From contig JACVGT010000003.1 in assembly GCA_018992685.1 (NCBI GenBank), forward strand, positions 13,050-77,049: a stretch of 64,000 nt of DNA. Reading direction: 5' to 3'. The DNA is from Theionarchaea archaeon. GTDB lineage: Archaea > Methanobacteriota_B > Thermococci > Methanofastidiosales > SZ-28-30. This document shows, one piece after another, positions 19,323-28,143 of this stretch (position 1 is its first letter; each line of letters begins with the position of its first letter). A program made the position numbers and the translations under genes. The notes beneath the pieces were generated by a model that was not told the DNA's origin, did not search any database, and worked only from the letters and a program-made list of their open reading frames with translations.

Positions 19323-20630
19323 CTACTCTAACCTCTTGTACAGATAGTGGATCAGCGTTCCCTCTATGCCAGAGAACTGCTTGAGCATCAATAACAAACC
19401 GTTGAAAATCGCAGATTTACCTTCAAAGTATTCTTTAAGACCTAGCAGCCGGCCAGTTACTTCCTCAAGTTTTTCTCTATCCTTGGATTCTATTCCTTCA
19501 ATTTCAACTTCTTTGAATCCTTCCAACATCGTATGCAGGTACTTGGAAACATGGTTTTCCGCAAATTGGAATCTACCTGAAGGTTCAATATCTTCACAAC
19601 TGTCCAACAGAAAAGACGTGATATTCACAAAGAAACTGACCTCACAAGGCTCTAGATCCTTCCGTTCTGCCGGCCGACATTCTATTTCTATGATTTTCTT
19701 CACGATCCTCACTATTCTCTCATGATCCATCTCCCGTTCCCACCTCCCGTTCTTTATGTGTCTCACATAGAAGGAAATTGGTCCTTCTCTTCCCCCGACC
19801 TTTCTAGTCCCACTCAAAGGGCGAGTAATGTGATCAGCAGCACGGTTTATCAGACTAATATTATCAGATCTTGCGATTGCCGCCTCTCCCTTCTCAACTG
19901 AACGATCTAGAACAGAAAGAGCACTTATTTCATTATTGGGCTTATAAATGTTCTCTATGTCATATACTGTGCGGGTCACATTGCCAAATATCTTATCATT
20001 GAAGATAGCCATCTCGTAGAGATTCTCAATGCACGCCCTTAATTCTACCAGGTTCCTAGTAACAGCTACTTGATACAGCAAGGTGTGATACTCCTCATAG
20101 GTTTCCTTCCATTTGACTTCATCATCAGTTCTTATTCGTCTCTTGAAATCCTTAAGAGCAAATTCAATGCTAATCAATTTGCTAACTCCCTCCAATAGGA
20201 TCATGATGGCAAGAATTGCCAAGGCTATTGTGAAGACATCTGCCCGGAAGTACCGGGATCCAGAGATCGTTTCATCAGTGGTACTACTTTGGGAAATGAG
20301 GATAGAAGTACAAATGAGTATACATGCAATCATAATGGCGAGGAAAAGCCAGATTTCCGGGAGTTTCAGGATTCTTCTTGCTAATCCTAGGGGATACTTT
20401 GAGCTAGACAGACTGACAAGTGCCAGGCTTATTGCAGGAGATATGGCAAGAATGCCGCCATAAACCTGAATTAGAGCACTATTCAGCCATCTAAGATTCG
20501 TTGAGAGATCATATGCCTTCAAACTGATGAAATTCCTGTAGCCTATGTTGACGAGATAATAGAATACAATGATTGTGATAGAAACAAAGAGAAAAGCAGG
20601 AATATTCGATCTTCTCCTCGGGTTTGGCAT
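19323..20630 (-). CDS. DUF2254-like membrane protein (hypothetical)
   Basis: N-terminal 4-5 TM segments followed by a soluble domain. AT-rich codon usage. Confidence 0.35.
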   Translation of the reverse strand: MPNPRRRSNIPAFLFVSITIIVFYYLVNIGYRNFISLKAYDLSTNLRWLNSALIQVYGGILAISPAISLALVSLSSSKYPLGLARRILKLPEIWLFLAIMIACILICTSILISQSSTTDETISGSRYFRADVFTIALAILAIMILLEGVSKLISIEFALKDFKRRIRTDDEVKWKETYEEYHTLLYQVAVTRNLVELRACIENLYEMAIFNDKIFGNVTRTVYDIENIYKPNNEISALSVLDRSVEKGEAAIARSDNISLINRAADHITRPLSGTRKVGGREGPISFYVRHIKNGRWEREMDHERIVRIVKKIIEIECRPAERKDLEPCEVSFFVNITSFLLDSCEDIEPSGRFQFAENHVSKYLHTMLEGFKEVEIEGIESKDREKLEEVTGRLLGLKEYFEGKSAIFNGLLLMLKQFSGIEGTLIHYLYKRLE

Positions 20631-21150
20631 GGGCTCATAATAACGGGAAGATTCTTAAGTCTTTTGCCTCTCTTGTGTCAAGCTAGCCTCGCCAAAACTA
20701 GCTTCTATTGTATCCATGATCACTTATCTTTCGGGAGTAGTGTAGAGAAACCACCATAAAATACATAACATTCCGGGACATTCTTTCAATATAAGGTAGC
20801 ATACACATTGTGTAGGTTATTAGCAAAGTAGCCAGAGTGGTTTGATGTCTGCTAGAATTAAGAATCAGAAAGCAAGAACTGCTGAGAGACCTGTCTGGCC
20901 GGAACTTGATGCGGTCCCGAAGAAACGGTTCCATGGAGCGGTAAATATCCGCGGCATCCGATATCAGATATTATATTCAATCCTTCGCGGATTAGATAAT
21001 CGAATACGATATTTCTAGCTACCTGACTAGATATCAATTGATCTGAGGTGTGTCTCCAGAATATTCGGAAGATTTGTAGTACTCTAACCTGTGTGTGGGT
21101 AAATTCAATGGATATTTCGGTAACTTCCATGCACATTGTTCTTTTGCTAG

Positions 21151-22656
21151 TTAATCTGTTCTTTTCTTTTGAATGAAGAAATAAAAAATGATAAGAATTC
21201 CAATTAATGCTCCAATAAGAATCATAATTGAAAGTGGTATACCAGGTGTAGTCTCAGGTGATTTGGTCTCAGGTGGGGTTCCAATCTCAAGAATTCTTTC
21301 CTGAATTTCCTGAGACTTTGAAATGTCACCCTTTTTTTCATTTAATTCTACAGCTTTCTTAAATGATGTGATGGCTTGATCTTCGTCTCCCCTAAGCAAA
21401 AAGGAATTGCCCTGTTCTACAAATGAATCTGGATCGGATGCCAAAGCGAGAACCTCCCCTCCTACCTTACCAATAACAAGGATACCGTCACCTATAGCAG
21501 GGGGGGCTTTTATGTAGAATGGAGATGCCAGGTCAAGATTCCACAATGTGTTACCATCTTCCATATTGAAGGCTACTATACTCGATTTGGTGATAGATGT
21601 ATCTCCATAATTTCCAATGCAATAGAGGATATCTCCTGCTCCTATGAGGTGAGTTTCGTAATACTGGAGAGATGCCTCCCACTTTGTTTTCCAGATGAGG
21701 TTTCCATTGAAGTCTACTTTATACAGATTATCTTCTTCATCAACAAAATACACTGCATCCAGTCCCAAGACGAGGTTAGATGTAATGTATCCTTCAGGAA
21801 AGAATACCCAACGCTGGGTTCCATCGCGATTAAATGCCCACAAATTTTTGCCTCCACAATAGATGGTATTGTCTTTAAGAGAAAGCCAACGAGCCCAATG
21901 AAGAGGGGATGTTTCCCACTTGAGGGTACCTGTTTGTGTATCCACTGCAAGGAGCCGCATACCATCCCTTCTCATGATAAGGAATGTCAAAGATTCATCA
22001 CCTGTCAGGCCGAATGGTTCCAAATCGGGATCTGTAATGGTATCATTTAGATTCCATAATACATGAAAATCAGACCTGGAAAGGCATGTAGCTGGAACAC
22101 ATGGGACTATTAATCTATCTTCCAGTACCAGAGGGTATATGTTAAATAGTGGGTAGGACCCTTTTTCTGGGATGGAAGCCAAAAAATGAGTTTTTCCTGT
22201 GTCGAGATCGATCTCATTGAGAGTATCAATGCCTATTCCAAAAATTCGACCTCCAGCGGGAAAAACTTGGAAGATAAGATGTGGATCTGCTTCGTATAGA
22301 ATTTCCCCTGTCAATAGATCAAAAAGAAATACTTTTGTCCTACTTAGATGGTACATGCTGTCTTTCCAGAGAATTAGAACCTTATTATCTATAATAAAGG
22401 GCGATGTATCAAAATCTCCGGGAATATTTCTTTTCCATAATACAATAGGCATATCAGGTCCACTATCTGGTGAATAAGCAGTTCGGTTTACATCTCCTAA
22501 CCAGTCAATGCATTCAGAGTGTCCACTATCCGTGTTGTTCGGGATATAGATATCCGGAAAGATACAAAAAATGGCCATTACGGCTAAAAATTTCTTTCTG
22601 TTTTTTATTTTATTTCCTCCAGTAGAATGATCTCTTATATGCATCATAATTACCAC
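21151..22656 (-). CDS. Surface-anchored PQQ-like beta-propeller repeat protein
   Basis: N-terminal signal/TM region, repeated W/Y-rich blades, then a TPR-like segment, a Thr/Pro linker and a C-terminal TM with basic tail (PGIPLSIMILIGALIGILIIFYFFIQKKRTD). Confidence 0.5.
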   Translation of the reverse strand: MVIMMHIRDHSTGGNKIKNRKKFLAVMAIFCIFPDIYIPNNTDSGHSECIDWLGDVNRTAYSPDSGPDMPIVLWKRNIPGDFDTSPFIIDNKVLILWKDSMYHLSRTKVFLFDLLTGEILYEADPHLIFQVFPAGGRIFGIGIDTLNEIDLDTGKTHFLASIPEKGSYPLFNIYPLVLEDRLIVPCVPATCLSRSDFHVLWNLNDTITDPDLEPFGLTGDESLTFLIMRRDGMRLLAVDTQTGTLKWETSPLHWARWLSLKDNTIYCGGKNLWAFNRDGTQRWVFFPEGYITSNLVLGLDAVYFVDEEDNLYKVDFNGNLIWKTKWEASLQYYETHLIGAGDILYCIGNYGDTSITKSSIVAFNMEDGNTLWNLDLASPFYIKAPPAIGDGILVIGKVGGEVLALASDPDSFVEQGNSFLLRGDEDQAITSFKKAVELNEKKGDISKSQEIQERILEIGTPPETKSPETTPGIPLSIMILIGALIGILIIFYFFIQKKRTD

Positions 22657-22748
22657 CTTCCTCTCTCTGAACTATGGCTGGTCCCATTTCCACATTTCGA
22701 GAAGCGCTTCAAGCTTTCTTTCCCAATGGAAGAAAAGAGAACTGGTGG

Positions 22749-23109
22749 TTAACATGCCTGAGATTCTACGTATGCATGATATTTATATGTTTTTCCTATT
22801 GTTGCTAGTGCATTTTTTACAAGTATTTCCGTACGAATGACTCCTTTGTTATCTATCCTATTTTCTCTTTTCGGACGAAGAAATAGGAAATATTCAACCT
22901 GTTGAATGCAGTCCGTATCAGGACAGAGGGGTGACTGTCGTTCCAGCCCTGCAGCATTCCCCAGTCTCCTGAATACTGCAGTCACTCCTGCAGGTGAAAG
23001 TGGCTTGTGAGATCCTTCATTCATGTAAAACCATAGGGGAGCTGAAGGATTATCAGTGTCCTCAGCTCTGATGTCCGGGAAGCCCTTCGACAAGCCCCTG
23101 CTCTCCATC
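22749..23109 (-). other. Questionable ORF, possibly a gene remnant
   Basis: The 170-aa ORF overlaps the start of the GNAT gene. Vague similarity to tyrosine-recombinase C-terminal segments (PLSPAGVTAVFRRLGNAAGLE) was not convincing. Confidence 0.15.
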
Positions 23110-24267
23110 TCAATCCTCTTCAAGTCTGTGCAGCACCTTCTTGAATGCTGATGATTCACGCAGATTATCAAAAGCCTTTTCAGTCTGTAACTTGCTGTAA
23201 AATTCTCTTTTGTCCTGGACGGTGTCAACCGCTGCAGATAATCGTTCGAGAGCCAGATCATATTCTCTCATGATTGCAAAAGCAGAGGCAGCATAAAAAT
23301 TATAACCACTTGAAAGAGGCTCATTTTCTTTTTCACTTAATAGAATCGCTCTTTTGAACCAAAAAGCAGCTTTTTCAGGGTTGTGCAATTCAGTCATGCA
23401 ATAATACCCAAAAAACAGGTCATTCTGTAACGATTCAAATAAAAACCCGAAGTAAAAATATTCATCACATAAATACTCAAATCCTACTTTTTGATTTGTC
23501 TTGATAGAAGGTACATTCCCGTGATAGCATTCCCAAATAGTGGTTAACCCTTTCTTGAGAGCTTCTTCAGCCATTGCACAGGCCACCAATGTAGCAAATC
23601 CTCTCCTCCTGTACTGTTCATGAGTCCCCACGGCGAGTTCACACCCGGTAGATGTCACAAATTTCGTGATGCACCCTGAGACAATTTTGTGGGTTGCATC
23701 TTCTTCCACATAGTACGCGAACCCATCCTTCAGAAAGTGTTCAAAAGATTTCCATGATGCTAGCTTATCAAAGGCAGAGACACCTGGTGTGGTGAATACA
23801 TCATCTGTCTGTACACGGTGTAGTGTGAACCCAGGAGGAACAGCCTCTCTCCACCGTGGTTGCAGTGTTCTAAAAGTAGCAGCATTCAATATGTAGTAAG
23901 AATCTCTATCTTTAAGAGTAGTTTCACCTTTGAAGATTTCTCGCAATGCTGATTCCCACGCACTGCTGCAGTACGCCTGGAAAGCATCTAACCCTTGGGT
24001 AATACTTACAGGCTTAATCGTGTCGACAAAGTAGTCGTGTAGCTCTGAATTAAAAGTGGCGTTGTCACAGCGCCCCGCCAAATACAGCAATGCTTCATCA
24101 CCTGGTGCACACCAGACTGCTGCAGTCTGTGGGCTCTCTATTCTGTCCACAAAGATCTTACCATCACATTTCTCTTCTATGACTGCTTCCATAGCTAGAT
24201 GGTGGTCTCTCGATGGAAATAGATGCAGTATCTTCCTTTTGTCATTTTCGAGTTCGTGTAGTGACAT
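23110..24267 (-). CDS. GNAT family N-acetyltransferase with C-terminal TPR-like region
   Basis: GNAT motif A (HEQYRRRGFATLV) and helical repeats at the C-terminus. Confidence 0.55.
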   Translation of the reverse strand: MSLHELENDKRKILHLFPSRDHHLAMEAVIEEKCDGKIFVDRIESPQTAAVWCAPGDEALLYLAGRCDNATFNSELHDYFVDTIKPVSITQGLDAFQAYCSSAWESALREIFKGETTLKDRDSYYILNAATFRTLQPRWREAVPPGFTLHRVQTDDVFTTPGVSAFDKLASWKSFEHFLKDGFAYYVEEDATHKIVSGCITKFVTSTGCELAVGTHEQYRRRGFATLVACAMAEEALKKGLTTIWECYHGNVPSIKTNQKVGFEYLCDEYFYFGFLFESLQNDLFFGYYCMTELHNPEKAAFWFKRAILLSEKENEPLSSGYNFYAASAFAIMREYDLALERLSAAVDTVQDKREFYSKLQTEKAFDNLRESSAFKKVLHRLEED

Positions 24268-24561
24268 GGCATCCTTCCTCCAGTGTTATTGGCTCCTTTT
24301 ATAACCTTCTTTATTAAGAGTAAAGTGTCAGCAGACAATAGTGTGGTATTTTTCTCTTTTCTAAAGCCCTGGAGAATTCACTGGTTTTGTCTCTCATGAA
24401 AAGACATAGTAGGTACCTATATATAGATGCAGGGGAAGATACGTAGGGTAAAACAGGAATTTCTTGACAGATAACAAACATATTGAATTGAACCTTTCTT
24501 CTTCTTTTCTTTCTTTCCGCAATCCAGGTCTTAGGTCATCTGATTCAGAGATAACAACCGA

Positions 24562-24939
24562 TTATTTTTCCACAAACCAATTCAAGGGTATTTTAGCATG
24601 CGTATGACCACGAGATGCGTGTTCCCCTATATTCCAACGAATTTCATCCCGATCTCCCATGGTGCTAAAAACAAGCATCCAGTAATAAGAATCATCCTGG
24701 AACAGAAGGACATCCTCTTTGAAGATTACACTGACATGTGATACGTTTTGGGCGTAAACAATCCCATTTCTTACCCACAAACACTGTGCATCAGTAGCAT
24801 ATCCCTCATTCCCACTACCATGGACCACCCTTACCGGCTGCCCATTCATGATAGCCTTAATTAATGTGGTAATGCTTCCTGCAGTTCTATTGCCATCCTT
24901 GTCGTGGCTGTATGCCAGGTTCCATCCCATATTTGTCAC
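24562..24939 (-). CDS. hypothetical protein (possible small beta-rich lectin-like domain)
   Basis: 125-aa ORF in an AT-rich region with no family recognised. Confidence 0.25.
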   Translation of the reverse strand: MTNMGWNLAYSHDKDGNRTAGSITTLIKAIMNGQPVRVVHGSGNEGYATDAQCLWVRNGIVYAQNVSHVSVIFKEDVLLFQDDSYYWMLVFSTMGDRDEIRWNIGEHASRGHTHAKIPLNWFVEK

Positions 24940-25421
24940 CTCCTCTCTTTCCTAAGATTCTATAGTATTTCTATCTGCTGAGGACTTGGAATTCGGACAT
25001 AATCCCAATTGATCGGATTATTTTTCATATTATGTCCTTTGAAAATCGAATCATATACAATTATGCATGTATCCCTCCAAAGTGATTTAGTATCTCGCAT
25101 ATCACCTCCTTTGTTCTTTATCTTTCTTCTTATTTAAATTTTGGGTTTGTTCTCTTTTGTACAAGCGTTAATTTTGCTTTCTCATTACATGATTTTTTGA
25201 AAGGATGCCTATGGTTTCATGACAGATGAATGTTCATAGTTTCTGTATCTCACTTTCGGAGAAGCAAATCAAAATAGAATCAGTTCAAAATGAAGGCAGA
25301 AACTGAGAAAGCCAGTCTATGAGAAACAATTTTCCCCATTGTCAACCTGCAACTCCGGTATCGTATGCTTCCTCAATTTCCACTCAACCTACAACGGTGG
25401 TCTTTGCCTGTATTTGATTCC

Positions 25422-26306
25422 TCATCTTTTGACGAGAAGCGCCTTTGTCATTATTCCATGGCAATACGCCACAGCTCTCACAAGGTGAAGCGAAAAGGTC
25501 AACAGCAGAAAGCCCAAGATGGGATAGAGGATCGTTGATGTTGTGGTGTTGATTGGCAGATTTCCCAGTGACAGTTCAATCCCCAGGGGTACAGCAACGG
25601 GATAGATTATCAGGCCTATTGCTGTAGCAAACAACAGCACAAACGCCGCGAAGTAAATAAGTCCCAGGGGGAGCATTAAGATCAGGTAGCATGCAGATGT
25701 GTAAAGCCTCCAATCCTCCAGAATTGCCTTCATCTTCTGCCAGGCCGTCCCGGTTGCGATGAACTTCCTCCTCTTGCGGGGCATCCTAATGCCAAGGCAG
25801 GTTTCGCTCATTCTTCCGTGGAACCAAGACAGTCCGAATATGCTCAACAAGAACAGTATCCCTAAAGGTATTCCTATGATAGTCAACGCGAGTCCCACAC
25901 TCAGCAGCGCTCCAACAGCAATATACGCGAAGTATATGATGCCCAAAGGAAGAAGCAGCAGCACATAGGCCAGGTTCAGGTATGTGCCTGAATCTATGAA
26001 GACACCAAATATGCGGGAAAACATCCAGCGTTGTGCAACCACTTTTTTCTCTGTTTTTTCTGATTCCATTCTGTAATACTCTTCAGCAATCTCTGAAGGC
26101 AGTCCATATTCTTCTATAGCTGCTTTAAGAGCTTCCTGATCAGAACTGCATGCCGCCGAACTTGCGTGCTCCTTTGTGCTCAATTCCAGGTGCTCTTCTG
26201 CATCATCAAGAGCGTCTGAAATCAGTGCAGGGTCCAACCCTTCAAGAGCTTTTTCTAGATCCTTCAGATACTGTTGGACAGATTTATATTTATTCACAGG
26301 GCTCAC
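25422..26306 (-). CDS. HAAS (DUF1700)-domain membrane protein, partner of PadR
   Basis: N-terminal helical sensor-associated domain (YLKDLEKALEGLDPALISDALDDAEEHL) followed by 4-6 TM segments. Overlaps the upstream PadR gene by 16 nt. Confidence 0.55.
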   Translation of the reverse strand: MSPVNKYKSVQQYLKDLEKALEGLDPALISDALDDAEEHLELSTKEHASSAACSSDQEALKAAIEEYGLPSEIAEEYYRMESEKTEKKVVAQRWMFSRIFGVFIDSGTYLNLAYVLLLLPLGIIYFAYIAVGALLSVGLALTIIGIPLGILFLLSIFGLSWFHGRMSETCLGIRMPRKRRKFIATGTAWQKMKAILEDWRLYTSACYLILMLPLGLIYFAAFVLLFATAIGLIIYPVAVPLGIELSLGNLPINTTTSTILYPILGFLLLTFSLHLVRAVAYCHGIMTKALLVKR

Positions 26307-26754
26307 CTCCTACAAAAGAATCAACAAAATCCCTTATCCTGTACCAGGATTCCTCCCATATCTTGAGGGTTTCCTTGCCCTTCTCAGTTATCCGGTAATA
26401 TTTGCGGGCAGGGCCAGATTCAGATTCACGAATCTCGCTTTTTAGCAAGCCATCCCTTTCTAAAGCCCTCAGTACTGGATATATAGTCCCCTGTTTCAAA
26501 AATGCTGCCCCGTTTTTTATTTTCATCTCTCTTGAGATGCGGTATCCATAGAGGGGCTCCCTTGACTGTTCTGTGATAGCCAGGAGTACGAGCGAGATCA
26601 TGCCGGAGATGACATTCTTTTCAAATTTCAGATCTCTGCACCTTTCGTCCTCCTGGGGTTCTTCTCCTGTATTCTTGTCTGTCTCTGCAATTTCTGTTTT
26701 CCTTTTCAAGTGCGTTCCATTAGGTATTGCAAGAGCTACAATATTGTGTATCAT
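26290..26754 (-). CDS. PadR family transcriptional regulator
   Basis: Winged-helix signature YGYRISREM...GTIYPVLRALERDGLLKSE...ARKYYRITEKGKE. The start may be internal. Confidence 0.75.
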   Translation of the reverse strand: MIHNIVALAIPNGTHLKRKTEIAETDKNTGEEPQEDERCRDLKFEKNVISGMISLVLLAITEQSREPLYGYRISREMKIKNGAAFLKQGTIYPVLRALERDGLLKSEIRESESGPARKYYRITEKGKETLKIWEESWYRIRDFVDSFVGGEPCE

Positions 26755-26911
26755 ACACTATTGTACAGTGTACAGTAGTATATAAAGGTTTCGGTGTGCA
26801 CAGTAGATCGACATGCAAAACATTTCTGCACACCATTTTTTTAGGTAAGATTTTTTTTGGTCTCTTAGCGTCTCTATTTGTGTAAATTAGAATGTATTGG
26901 AGGTGAAAATA

Positions 26912-27157
26912 ATGGATAAGAAAGAACTGATAGAATCATTCAAGGCAATATCGAAAAAATGGCGAGTAGAGTTTCTTATACTCTACATCCTCTTTTGCGG
27001 TGCAACATTAGCGATTATGATGTGGAAAGGAAAATCGCTTATCCTCTTCCATGATGCGTTCTTTGGTAGTGTAATTGCAACAGTTCTAATTACGGTAGAA
27101 CAGATTTGCACATTTCATTTTAACATTCTTAAGCAGAAGCTACCCAAACGTTTTTAA
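26912..27157 (+). CDS. small membrane protein (hypothetical)
   Basis: RBS GGAGGTGA lies 7 nt before the ATG. Two TM segments. Confidence 0.35.
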   Translation: MDKKELIESFKAISKKWRVEFLILYILFCGATLAIMMWKGKSLILFHDAFFGSVIATVLITVEQICTFHFNILKQKLPKRF

Positions 27158-27576
27158 TCAATTCTGTAAAATAGAAGAGAGGTGAAGATGTATGAACTTT
27201 CTGAAAGGTTGGCCTTTTGAACCATTGGATGTAATTCAAGACAATGTCCCCACATTGGGAGATTCAGGGGGAGGAAGTCCCGGTTAGAGTGGATTAGACC
27301 TCCAGTGATACACTGGTTTTGAACTCCAGAAGCGGTCAACCAATCCTGTATCAATCCTTATTCTAGAATCCTTTTCTTCCAGGAAATATCACAAAGGGTT
27401 CAGGCTGAGATCCAGATCCTGACTCAGGGCTCTCACACGTCTCGGTCGAGATTCATATCATACACGTATGAGCCCCATGATCCTGTGACCTTGCAGTATT
27501 GCCCTTGACTTATAAGGCCAGAAGAAAAGGGAAAAGCCTTAAATTGACCCACTTCAAAGAGAGAGGAGGAGTTGTG

Positions 27577-28011
27577 ATGATCTTGAAGAAGACCAAGAAA
27601 TCCTTTGCGGTCTGGCTCGTACTTACTGGCCTTCTAGCCACTGGATGCATCGGCCAGAAGTCTGAAACCCCGATAGAAGGAGAAGAGTCTCAGGAATGGT
27701 TTGCCAGAGCACAGCCGATGGCAGAAAATATTCTCATTGCCGTGGAGACTGGCGATTATCAGTCCTTCATTAGAGACTTCTCAGAGCAAATGGTCAAAGA
27801 AATGCCTGAGAAGAACTTCCTGGAAGTGAAGGAAAAACTGTATTCCCAGGTGGGATCCTATCAGTCTTTGAGTACGTTGAAGACCACAGAACAACGAGAC
27901 TACGTTATCGTATATTTCACTGCCCACTATGAGAAAGATGATGTAACGGTAAAACTCGTGTATAGGAAGGGAGACTCAACCTACAAGATAGAGGGACTGT
28001 GGTTCGCCTGA
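27577..28011 (+). CDS. DUF3887-like lipoprotein
   Basis: Signal peptide with lipobox LATGC. RBS GAGAGGAGGAG precedes the ATG. C-terminus ends KIEGLWFA. Confidence 0.45.
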   Translation: MILKKTKKSFAVWLVLTGLLATGCIGQKSETPIEGEESQEWFARAQPMAENILIAVETGDYQSFIRDFSEQMVKEMPEKNFLEVKEKLYSQVGSYQSLSTLKTTEQRDYVIVYFTAHYEKDDVTVKLVYRKGDSTYKIEGLWFA

Positions 28012-28143
28012 TGTCCGGAATACCTTTTCCTTCAGAAAGGACATGAACCCGCGAGTCCAACCAGGAATAACACAGAGACTGCTTCTTTTATAGCTGATCC
28101 CAGAACAGCAGGCAGAATCATATACTTGGATACTGATTCGACC

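Noticed and set aside
22749-23261. Possible tyrosine-recombinase (integrase) remnant near the putative island
   Set aside because: Only a faint resemblance over about 25 residues was seen. The R...HxxR...Y catalytic pattern is absent and the ORF overlaps the GNAT gene. It is kept as a low-confidence 'other' feature only.
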